This document shows positions 28,612 through 36,723 of a stretch of DNA of 64,000 nucleotides, in pieces. The stretch is from Candidatus Fermentibacteraceae bacterium (GTDB lineage: Bacteria; Fermentibacterota; Fermentibacteria; Fermentibacterales; JCC-6), in the NCBI GenBank assembly GCA_041750285.1, contig JBGSZS010000012.1, forward strand, positions 1-64,000, given 5' to 3'. The notes beneath the pieces are model-generated. The model saw only the letters and a program-made list of their open reading frames with translations. It ran no database searches and was not told the origin of the DNA. A program made the translations under genes and the position numbers. Numbering within the stretch: the first letter of the stretch is position 1; the number at the start of each line of letters is the position of its first letter.

Positions 28612-30333
28612 ATGAGTGTGACCGTTGCAAGGACCGCGGGTTTCTGCTGGGGTGTCCGCCGTGCGGTGGACAAGGTCGTGTACGAGATCAAAAAGGGGCG
28701 GGGTCCCTTCAGGGTATACGGTCCGCTCGTTCACAACCCCCAGGTGCTCGAGGCCCTGTCCGAGCGTGGAGTTGCGTCATGTGACGACCCGTGGGACATC
28801 CAGGGCGGAACGCTATTCCTGAGGACGCACGGTGTGACGAGGGAGGAGAGGGCCAGGCTTCAGGGCCTTCCGGTGAACCTTCGTGACCTGACGTGCCCCA
28901 AGGTGGGGCGCGCTCTGGCAATTGCCGGGGCCAGGGCTTCCGAGGGCTGCGACGTTCTCATCCTGGGGGATCCCGGGCATCAGGAGGTGAAGGCCATACT
29001 CTCCTGCACAGGCGGCAGGGGAACGGTGATCGAAGGGCCTTCCGGCGTTGCGGCCCTTCCTGATCTTTCGCGGCCCTTTCTGATCAGCCAGACAACTCAG
29101 AGCACGGAGAACTACCGTCTCACACTCGAAAAACTGCGTGAACGGTGGCCATCATGCGAAAGCGAGAACACCATCTGCGGCTCGACCGAGAGCAGGCAGG
29201 CCGAGCTTCGCCTTCTCATGGAAAAGGCCGACTGCGTGGTGGTGGTGGGAGGACAGCGCAGCGCCAACACCGCAAGGCTGACCGCAATTGCGGGAGAGTC
29301 GGGCCTTCCGGTCTTTCAGGTGGAGAACGAAGACCAGATACCAGCCGACGGGATCAGGAAGTTCAGAAGGGTCCTTCTTACTGCCGGGGCTTCCACGCCT
29401 GGCTGGAGCATCCGCAGGGTTCGGGCTCGCCTGCTCGAGATCCAGGGGGCCGGCAGGATGTCGGGGCTTCTTCCCTCTCTTTTCAGCAGCCTGGTATACA
29501 GCGGTGTTCAGGTTCCCCTGGCGGCGGTGTTCATCGGGCTTGCGCAGCAGGAGGTCCTGGGGGGCCGGGGATGGCTCGGGGCGTCACTTTGCGCGGGGCT
29601 TCTCCTCTGGGCCTTTACCGGGATCTCGGCGGTGCTTGGCTCCCGGAACCTCGAGATAACGAGCCAGGAGCGCCAGGGATTCATGAAGCGCCACAGCGGA
29701 GTTCTCTTTCCGATCTACATGGCCGCGGCTCTTGCTGCGGTCGTGCTGAGCTTCTCACTGGGAGGGTGGTGGATACCATCCGTTCTCGGGGCGGTCGTCC
29801 TTTATTTCTTCTACTGCCTTCCCCTGACGCGGAAGCCCTTCATCCCCCACGGGTTCTGGAGCATTCCCGGTTCGCGCGAGGCTCTCTTCACCCTGGGCTG
29901 GGGCTTCTTCCTCTCGCTGCTTCCGGCATTGACGCTGACACACAGCGGAGGCCTTTTCGCGATGTTCCTCTGGCCCCTCTCCCTGATGGCCCTCTTTTTC
30001 GCTCGAAGCCTGTTCGTCGACCTCGTGGACCTTCAGGGCGACGCCCTTCTGGGGATGGACACCCTCCCCCTGAACCTTGGGGGAAAGAGGTGCCGGTCCC
30101 TGCTTCTCCTGTGCTGCGGGATCGCATCCCTGGTTCAGTTCGCGGGGTGGGCCGCCGGGCTCCTTCCCCCGTGCAGCCTGGGCTTCACGGTTGCCCCCGC
30201 CCTTCTCGGCATCGGGCTGTTTTTTCTTGAACGCGATCTGTTCTACCCCGAGATCGGCATAAGGATGGTTGCCGACGGCAGTCTCCTGGCTGCGGGGCTG
30301 TTTCCACTTCTGATATGCAGGACGACAACATGA
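28612..30333 (+). CDS. ispH: 4-hydroxy-3-methylbut-2-enyl diphosphate reductase fused to a C-terminal UbiA-like membrane domain
   Basis: AGFCWGV, VHNP, RTHG, DLTCPKV, GHQEV, SQTT, TICGST, SANT; then about 8 TM helices with DLVDLQGDALLGMDTLP. Confidence 0.88.
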   Translation: MSVTVARTAGFCWGVRRAVDKVVYEIKKGRGPFRVYGPLVHNPQVLEALSERGVASCDDPWDIQGGTLFLRTHGVTREERARLQGLPVNLRDLTCPKVGRALAIAGARASEGCDVLILGDPGHQEVKAILSCTGGRGTVIEGPSGVAALPDLSRPFLISQTTQSTENYRLTLEKLRERWPSCESENTICGSTESRQAELRLLMEKADCVVVVGGQRSANTARLTAIAGESGLPVFQVENEDQIPADGIRKFRRVLLTAGASTPGWSIRRVRARLLEIQGAGRMSGLLPSLFSSLVYSGVQVPLAAVFIGLAQQEVLGGRGWLGASLCAGLLLWAFTGISAVLGSRNLEITSQERQGFMKRHSGVLFPIYMAAALAAVVLSFSLGGWWIPSVLGAVVLYFFYCLPLTRKPFIPHGFWSIPGSREALFTLGWGFFLSLLPALTLTHSGGLFAMFLWPLSLMALFFARSLFVDLVDLQGDALLGMDTLPLNLGGKRCRSLLLLCCGIASLVQFAGWAAGLLPPCSLGFTVAPALLGIGLFFLERDLFYPEIGIRMVADGSLLAAGLFPLLICRTTT

Positions 30334-30641
30334 AAATCATCACCGGTCTTTTTATCCTTTCGCTTTGCGGCTGCGGAACGGTTGCCACGCAGCCTCCCCC
30401 GGAGACGGTATCCGTTCCCGCAGCGACATGCTTTCCCGATACCCGCACCGTTGTGACCGGCAGGGAGGTCAACCTCAGACAGGGGCCGGGCACCGTCTAC
30501 GGGATAGTGGGGTGCGTGCACGCCGGCGACACCCTTGTCGTCCTTGGCGAATCCGGGGAATGGTACAGGGTCTATTTCCCTGAACGATCGCTTTTCGCAT
30601 GGATATTCGCCGGCCTTACCTCCGGCGCGGAACTCCCCTGA
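30330..30641 (+). CDS. SH3b-domain putative lipoprotein
   Basis: Lipobox-like LCG-C; VNLRQGPGTVYGIVG...GEWYRV...AWI. Confidence 0.85.
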   Translation: MKIITGLFILSLCGCGTVATQPPPETVSVPAATCFPDTRTVVTGREVNLRQGPGTVYGIVGCVHAGDTLVVLGESGEWYRVYFPERSLFAWIFAGLTSGAELP

Positions 30642-30658
30642 TCCTGAAGGGAGCGGGA

Positions 30659-31954
30659 ATGATAGAGAGATACGCCCTTCCTGAAATGACGGCCGTCTGG
30701 GCCGACCGGTCAAGGTTCGCCCGGTGGCTCGAGATCGAGATACTGGCGGTTGAGGCCAGGTGCATGGCGGGTCTGGTTCCACGCGACGACTTCGAGAAGA
30801 TCCGGGACAATGCACGGTTCGACCCGGCGCGTATCGACGAGATCGAACAGGTGACTCAACACGACGTCATTGCCTTTCTGACAAACGTTGCGGAAAGCCT
30901 GGGGCCGGAATCGAGGCACATCCACTTCGGAATGACCTCGAGCGACATTCTCGATACCTGCCTTGCCACGCAGTTCCGCGACGCCGGAAGGCTCATCTCC
31001 GAAGCCCTTGCCTCCTACGGCAACGCCCTGGCATCGCTTGTCTCCCGGACCAGAGGGATCCCCTGCATGGGCAGGACCCACGGCATGCACGCCGAACCGA
31101 CAACGATGGGGCTCAAGTTCGCGGGTCATTACGCCGAGTACCTGAGGTGCGCCGAAAGGCTGGAACAGTCATTGAAGTCGGTATGCACCGGAACCGTCAG
31201 CGGAGCCGTCGGAACCTACGCGCACATCGATCCCGGGGTGGAGGAGTACGTCTGTGAAAGGCTGGGGATAGGGTTTGAACCCGTTCCAACCCAGATCGTT
31301 GCCAGGGACAGGCACGCCCAGTTCCTCTACGCGCTCGCTGCCATCGGCTGCGCGCTCGAGAGGTTCGCCACCGAGACCAGGCACCTTCAGAGAACCGAGG
31401 TGGGGGAAGCCGAGGAAAGCTTCGCGCGCGGTCAGAAGGGCTCCAGCGCAATGCCCCACAAGAAGAACCCCATCGTGGGGGAGAGGCTCTGCGGTTTCGC
31501 ACGGCTTCTTCGCGGATACCTTTCTACAGCGCTCGAGAACACGGCGCTGTGGCACGAGAGGGACATAAGCCATTCTTCCGCCGAACGTTTCATCTTCCCC
31601 GACGCCTGCGGGGTTGCCCTCTACGCCCTCCGCAAGGCTGCGGGGCTGGCGGGGAACCTCGTCATAAACGAGCAGGCCGTCAGGCGCAATTTCGAGCTGT
31701 CCGGCGACAGGTTCCATTCGCAGTCGCTCCTTCTGCTTCTGGTGAACCGCGGTGTCACCAGGGAGGATGCCTACGCAATGATCCAGGACGCGGCAATGTC
31801 CGCGATGAACACGGGCGCATCCTTCAGGGATGCGGCCCTTGCAAGCGAATCGATCGCGGGCGTGCTTTCTTCGGCCGATGTCGAAGCCGCCTGCGACATG
31901 AGCAGGCACTTTTCCAGCGAGCGTATTGTTCTTGAAAGACTCGGGCTTGCCTGA
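30659..31954 (+). CDS. purB: Adenylosuccinate lyase
   Basis: MIERY, HDVIAF, HFGMTSSD, GRTHGMHAEP, GSSAMPHKKNP, WHERDISHSS. Confidence 0.97.
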   Translation: MIERYALPEMTAVWADRSRFARWLEIEILAVEARCMAGLVPRDDFEKIRDNARFDPARIDEIEQVTQHDVIAFLTNVAESLGPESRHIHFGMTSSDILDTCLATQFRDAGRLISEALASYGNALASLVSRTRGIPCMGRTHGMHAEPTTMGLKFAGHYAEYLRCAERLEQSLKSVCTGTVSGAVGTYAHIDPGVEEYVCERLGIGFEPVPTQIVARDRHAQFLYALAAIGCALERFATETRHLQRTEVGEAEESFARGQKGSSAMPHKKNPIVGERLCGFARLLRGYLSTALENTALWHERDISHSSAERFIFPDACGVALYALRKAAGLAGNLVINEQAVRRNFELSGDRFHSQSLLLLLVNRGVTREDAYAMIQDAAMSAMNTGASFRDAALASESIAGVLSSADVEAACDMSRHFSSERIVLERLGLA

Positions 31955-31975
31955 CGGCCCGGAGAGGGGAACGAC

Positions 31976-33148
31976 ATGAATCCGGTGTTTGTTTTGGTGG
32001 GTCTGCTGGTGGGGGGCGCGGTCTCGTGGCTGATACTCGCCCGTTCATCGGCCAGACAGAAAAAGGACCTGAACGACAAGCTCTCAAGCATTACCTTGAA
32101 GGCCAGGAACCTCTCACGGGAGTCTGCGGCCCTCAAGGACAAGGTGGCCTTCCTTGAAGAGAGGGAGAAGGACTACGGTGACCTTGCCGTTCTGATGCCT
32201 TCCATGGTCAAGAAGATCTTCAGCGCCAGGACGGCGGGTGAGGCCGCCGACAATATCTGCAGGGCCTGCACCACGATGGCCGGAGCCGAGGAGGTCGCCG
32301 TCTTTCTGACGGACAGGTCCGGGAGGCGTCTGGGCCTCGACAAGGTCCACGGCCTCGGGGATGCACTGAAACCCCCGCTGTCCATCTCCCTGGGCGAGGG
32401 GCTTCTGGGTTTCGCGGGCGAGACGGGCAGGCTCGTTACGCTGCAGGACGTCGAGAACGACACGGCGATCATCCGGAAGCAGGTTCTCGAGACCGGCATT
32501 CCCGGCTACAACCCCGAGGTTGCCGTTCCCATGGAGTTCCAGGGCATTCTGTTCGGCGTGATAGGAGCGGGAAGCTTCACCGACCAGACCGGCATCCACC
32601 GGGAAAACCTGAGATCGATCGGAGCCATCGGCGCGGCGGCACTCGAGAATGTCAGGCTTCTTGAAAGGTTCGCCCGCACCACGGGCCTCGACCGCGACAC
32701 GGGCCTTCCGGGTGAGGATGCCGTGAACGCTATCCTCTCTGAAGAACTGGAGAGGGTGTACAGGTTCGGACAGCCCATGGGTGTTGTCGAACTGAAGCTC
32801 AAGAAGGCCAACATGCAGAACCCGGGGCTCACCCGCGACGTGATGTCGGCCGCCGCCAACCACCTGAAACAGATGCTCCGCAACATCGACAGCTGCGTGC
32901 GGTACACGCACGACGGCTTTCTCCTCATCCTCCCCGGCACTTCGGGGGACGGCCTGAAGACCGTGATAGGCAAGCTGGGGGGAGAGCTTCCCAGGTTGTC
33001 CACGCAGGACGGGGGGCATCTCGGAGGGGTTCTCATAAGGAACCAGGAGATATCTCCCGGGGAGATCGTGGAGATTTCCTGGGTAAGGGAAGACCTCGCG
33101 GCCCACGATTTCGAGGAGTTCGAGGGTTATTACGGGGCGGAAGGCTGA
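31976..33148 (+). CDS. Membrane-anchored GAF + degenerate GGDEF-like protein
   Basis: N-terminal TM and coiled coil; GAF (GEGLLGFAGETG...AVPMEFQGILFGVI...ALENVRL); DRDTGL; RYTHDGFLLILP where RYGGDEF is expected. Confidence 0.7.
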   Translation: MNPVFVLVGLLVGGAVSWLILARSSARQKKDLNDKLSSITLKARNLSRESAALKDKVAFLEEREKDYGDLAVLMPSMVKKIFSARTAGEAADNICRACTTMAGAEEVAVFLTDRSGRRLGLDKVHGLGDALKPPLSISLGEGLLGFAGETGRLVTLQDVENDTAIIRKQVLETGIPGYNPEVAVPMEFQGILFGVIGAGSFTDQTGIHRENLRSIGAIGAAALENVRLLERFARTTGLDRDTGLPGEDAVNAILSEELERVYRFGQPMGVVELKLKKANMQNPGLTRDVMSAAANHLKQMLRNIDSCVRYTHDGFLLILPGTSGDGLKTVIGKLGGELPRLSTQDGGHLGGVLIRNQEISPGEIVEISWVREDLAAHDFEEFEGYYGAEG

Positions 33149-33149
33149 G

Positions 33150-35417
33150 ATGAAGCCGGACAGAAACGAACTTCAGGCGGAGATCAGGAACAGGGGCCTT
33201 TCAATGACGGTTGACGAGGCGGAACGGCTCCACGGCATTTTCGGGCGCATGCCCTCGCCGCTCGAGTTTCACCTGTTCGACATAATGTGGAGCGAGCACT
33301 GTTCCTACAAAAGCTCGAGAAAACTGCTGAAAAAGCTTCCAAGCCGCGCCTCGCAGGTGGTCATCGGTCCGGGCGAGGACGCCGGTGTCGTGCGGTTCTG
33401 CAATCACGGGGGAACCGACTTCGACATCGTGGTGGCCCATGAGAGCCACAACCACCCTTCACAGGTGCTTCCGGTCGAGGGTGCCGCCACGGGCGTCGGC
33501 GGGATCGTGAGGGATGTCTACTGCATGGGTGCCGACGTCATCGGCAGCCTCGACCTGCTCAGGTTTGGCGACCCTCTGGGCCGTTTCGGTGAGAGATGCC
33601 GCGGCATCGCCCGGGGAGTGGTCGAGGGGATCTGGCAGTACGGGAATGCCCTGGGTGTGCCGAACCTCGGGGGAGACACCGAGTTTCACCCCGGGTACGA
33701 CGACAACTGCCTTGTGAACGTCGTTGCCCTGGGTATTGTAAGGCACGACCGCGTGGTTCACAGCTACGTGCCGGCCGAGGCACGGCATGAACCCTACGTC
33801 TTCATCCTTACCGGAAAGCCAACCGACGACACCGGTTTCGGGGGGGCCACCTTCGCCAGCGCCGACCTCGACGGCGAGCTCGGAATGAAATCGGTGCAGG
33901 TTGCAGACCCGTTTCTGAAAAGGATACTTGCCCAGGCCAACCGCGACGTGCTCGATTACCTTTTCGAAGAGGGTGTCGCCTTCGGCTTCAAGGACCTGGG
34001 GGCTGGCGGGATCGCCTGCGTCACGAGCGAGATGGCTGCCCACGGAGGGCTGGGGATCCACGTGAATCTCGACGATGTGCCGGTGAGCATCCCGGGGCTG
34101 CCCCCCGAGGTGGCGGCGTGCAGCGAAACCCAGGAGAGGTTCGGCCTGGCGGTTCCGGAAAGGGTGGCCGAGGGGGTCCTCGCCATCTACAACGGGAAGT
34201 ACGAGCTGCCAAGGCTCTTCCCGGGCGCCCGTGCGGCGGTGATCGGGCATTTCACGCAGGAACCGGTGTACAGGGTGACGCATTGCGGGACCCAGGCTGC
34301 GTGCGCTCCCGCCGAAGCCATCACCGAGGGCGTTTTCTACGACAGGCCTCATGAAGCGGGGGAGGTCCCGATCCCCGACCCTGTGGACATGCCGTGCTCT
34401 CCCGGCAAGGACATCCCGGAGATGCTGCTTTCCATCGGAGGCTGCAGCAGGGGAGCTGTCTGGTCGTACTACGACAGCGAGGTCAGGGGGGCAACGGTGC
34501 TCAGGCCCGGGGAAGCCGACAGTTGCGTGATCCTTCCTGTTCCGGGCTGCCCGGCGGGTCTTGCCGTATCGGGCGACGGCAACCCCTGGTACGGCGAACT
34601 CGACCCCTACCAGGGAGGCGCCCATGCCGTTGCCGAAGCCGTGAGGAACGTTGTTTCGGTGGGGGCTGTGCCCATTTGCGCCACGGACTGCCTGAATTAC
34701 GGAAGCCCCGAGTCTCCGGCAGTCATGCACCAGTTCCACAGGGGCATCGAGGGTATAGCCGACGCATGCCGTCATCTCGGGTTCGTTGAGCCCGGCGAGC
34801 CCCTGCCCATAGTGAGCGGCAACGTGAGCTTCTACAACCAGTCATCTTCGGGAAGGTCGATCCCCCCCTCACCGATAGTGGCCGTCTTCGGCCGGATCGA
34901 CGACTGCTCGAATGCCGTCGACATGGTCCTCAAGAAGCCGGGCAACGTAATCGTGCTTCTCGGCCCCCGGCACCCGGAGTTCGGGGGGAGCCTTTACTAC
35001 AGGAAGGTAGTGGGTCATGCGGGCGGCAGGGTGCCGCTTTTCAGGGGTCCCCTCGAGGCGGAGATGGCGCGGTGGGTCATCAAAAAGGTGCGCTCGGGGG
35101 AAGTGAGGGGCTCACACGACATCTCCATCGGCGGGCTGGCGCTTGCCGCGGCTGAGATGGTTCTGGCCTCCAACGGCCCGGGTATCGTTCTGGAGACGGG
35201 TGCCGATCCTGTCCAGCTCTACTCTGAAACCCCCGGTTACCTTCTGGAAATGGACCCCTCCTGCGGGGGATCGCTGCCGGAGTACGCAAGGGTAGTTGGC
35301 CGCGTCACGTCGGACGGCAGGCTTTCAGGGAGCGGATGGTCAGTCGACATTCAGGACATGAGGGAGAGATGGGCCGACCTGCTGGCCTCGATCGTCTGGC
35401 GTGAGGAGGGTGTATGA
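33150..35417 (+). CDS. purL: FGAM synthase subunit PurL (small type)
   Basis: MWSEHCSYKSS, GPGEDAG, ESHNHPS, GAATGVGGIVRD, DLGAGG, SETQER, DCLNYGSP, SGNVSFYN. Confidence 0.97.
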   Translation: MKPDRNELQAEIRNRGLSMTVDEAERLHGIFGRMPSPLEFHLFDIMWSEHCSYKSSRKLLKKLPSRASQVVIGPGEDAGVVRFCNHGGTDFDIVVAHESHNHPSQVLPVEGAATGVGGIVRDVYCMGADVIGSLDLLRFGDPLGRFGERCRGIARGVVEGIWQYGNALGVPNLGGDTEFHPGYDDNCLVNVVALGIVRHDRVVHSYVPAEARHEPYVFILTGKPTDDTGFGGATFASADLDGELGMKSVQVADPFLKRILAQANRDVLDYLFEEGVAFGFKDLGAGGIACVTSEMAAHGGLGIHVNLDDVPVSIPGLPPEVAACSETQERFGLAVPERVAEGVLAIYNGKYELPRLFPGARAAVIGHFTQEPVYRVTHCGTQAACAPAEAITEGVFYDRPHEAGEVPIPDPVDMPCSPGKDIPEMLLSIGGCSRGAVWSYYDSEVRGATVLRPGEADSCVILPVPGCPAGLAVSGDGNPWYGELDPYQGGAHAVAEAVRNVVSVGAVPICATDCLNYGSPESPAVMHQFHRGIEGIADACRHLGFVEPGEPLPIVSGNVSFYNQSSSGRSIPPSPIVAVFGRIDDCSNAVDMVLKKPGNVIVLLGPRHPEFGGSLYYRKVVGHAGGRVPLFRGPLEAEMARWVIKKVRSGEVRGSHDISIGGLALAAAEMVLASNGPGIVLETGADPVQLYSETPGYLLEMDPSCGGSLPEYARVVGRVTSDGRLSGSGWSVDIQDMRERWADLLASIVWREEGV

Positions 35418-36220
35418 AGCCCCGTGTGGCCGTAGTCAGGTTCCCCGGATCGAACTGCGAGTACGAAACTGCCCGTGCTCTCGACGCCTGTGGCCTGCAG
35501 GGCGTGATCTTCAACTGGAACGAGCTCTCGGGAGCGGCCGGGTCCGGCTCGAGTGCATGGGTCCTTCCCGGTGGTTTCAGCTTTCAGGACAGGGTACGTG
35601 CCGGCGCTGTGGCCGCCCGTGAGCGAATCATGGACGTGGTGTACGGCGATGCGGTTTCCGGCAAGCCGGTACTGGGAATCTGCAACGGCGCCCAGATTCT
35701 CGTTGAGAGCGGCCTTGTGCCGGGCTGGCGCCCTGGTGCGGTCGAAGCCTCGCTTTCGGGCAACCTCGCTCCCGGGAGGACTGGCTACCTGAGCCGCTGG
35801 ATCTTCGTTCGGGCCGTTCCGGAGGGTGTGGACCGATGCCCCTGGCTGGCCGATGCGGGCGAAGAGCCCATACCGCTTCCCATTGCCCACGCCGAGGGCA
35901 GGTTCGTCTTTCGCAGCGCGGATGAACAACAGGCGCTGGAGATGTCCGTTCTCAGGTACTGCTCCCCTGAAGGGGCTCCAGCTTCGGACTGGCCCCTGAA
36001 CCCGAATGGTTCCTCATTCGCCGCCGCCGGAGTCATGAACCCCCGGGGAAACGTTCTGGCCATGATGCCCCATCCCGAACGGGCACTCAATATCCACCAC
36101 GTTCCGCCCAATCTGCCGGGTCCATGGGGCGAGGTTCGCAGAAACAGGGGACCGGTGTCCGAACCCGGGCCTGGGGCATCGTTTTTCAGGGGTCTTGCCC
36201 GTTATCTGGAGGTGCAGTGA
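35414..36220 (+). CDS. purQ: FGAM synthase glutaminase subunit PurQ
   Basis: RFPGSNC, PGGFSFQD, GICNG, PIAHAEG, NPNGS, MMPHPER. Confidence 0.96.
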   Translation: MKPRVAVVRFPGSNCEYETARALDACGLQGVIFNWNELSGAAGSGSSAWVLPGGFSFQDRVRAGAVAARERIMDVVYGDAVSGKPVLGICNGAQILVESGLVPGWRPGAVEASLSGNLAPGRTGYLSRWIFVRAVPEGVDRCPWLADAGEEPIPLPIAHAEGRFVFRSADEQQALEMSVLRYCSPEGAPASDWPLNPNGSSFAAAGVMNPRGNVLAMMPHPERALNIHHVPPNLPGPWGEVRRNRGPVSEPGPGASFFRGLARYLEVQ

Positions 36221-36723
36221 TGGAACGGGTGTTCGTGGCTGTTCGTCTCAAATCCCCCGATCCCGGTGCGGCCACCGCCCTCACCACACTTCGGAGGGTC
36301 ATGCCCGACAGTGCCCCGGTTCAGCTCTCCCGGTACGACCTGTGGGAGTTCGACATGAAACCAGGCAGCTCCGGCGCCGTTGTGGGGATGATCTCGCACT
36401 TCACCGACATCGTTAACCCCAACAAGCATCTCAGCTTCATTCTCACCCCCGGTGAACCGCCCCCGGGGGAAAACCCCGGCCTTTCATGGACCGGTGTGCT
36501 CGTGCGAGACCATTCCGACAGCCGAAGCATGAACTGGAGCATGCTGCTCGCCCGCAGGGGCTTTCCGGTTGAGCGCGTCAGGTGGGGGGTTCTCTGGAGG
36601 TTCGGCTTCGAGGCCGGGACCGGTGAAATCGGGGCGCTGGCCATGAAGGCCTCTGTTTCCGGGTCCAGGGACTCGGGGCTGCTTGCCAATCCGGTCTCCC
36701 AGGAGGCCCTTCCCTGGAAGTGA
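36220..36723 (+). CDS. PurS-like protein of double length (167 aa, two PurS-like halves)
   Basis: ATG overlaps the purQ stop; V.LK.PDPG at the N-terminus, IVNPNKH mid-protein and LLANPVSQE at the C-terminus; adjacent to purL/purQ. Confidence 0.65.
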   Translation: MERVFVAVRLKSPDPGAATALTTLRRVMPDSAPVQLSRYDLWEFDMKPGSSGAVVGMISHFTDIVNPNKHLSFILTPGEPPPGENPGLSWTGVLVRDHSDSRSMNWSMLLARRGFPVERVRWGVLWRFGFEAGTGEIGALAMKASVSGSRDSGLLANPVSQEALPWK

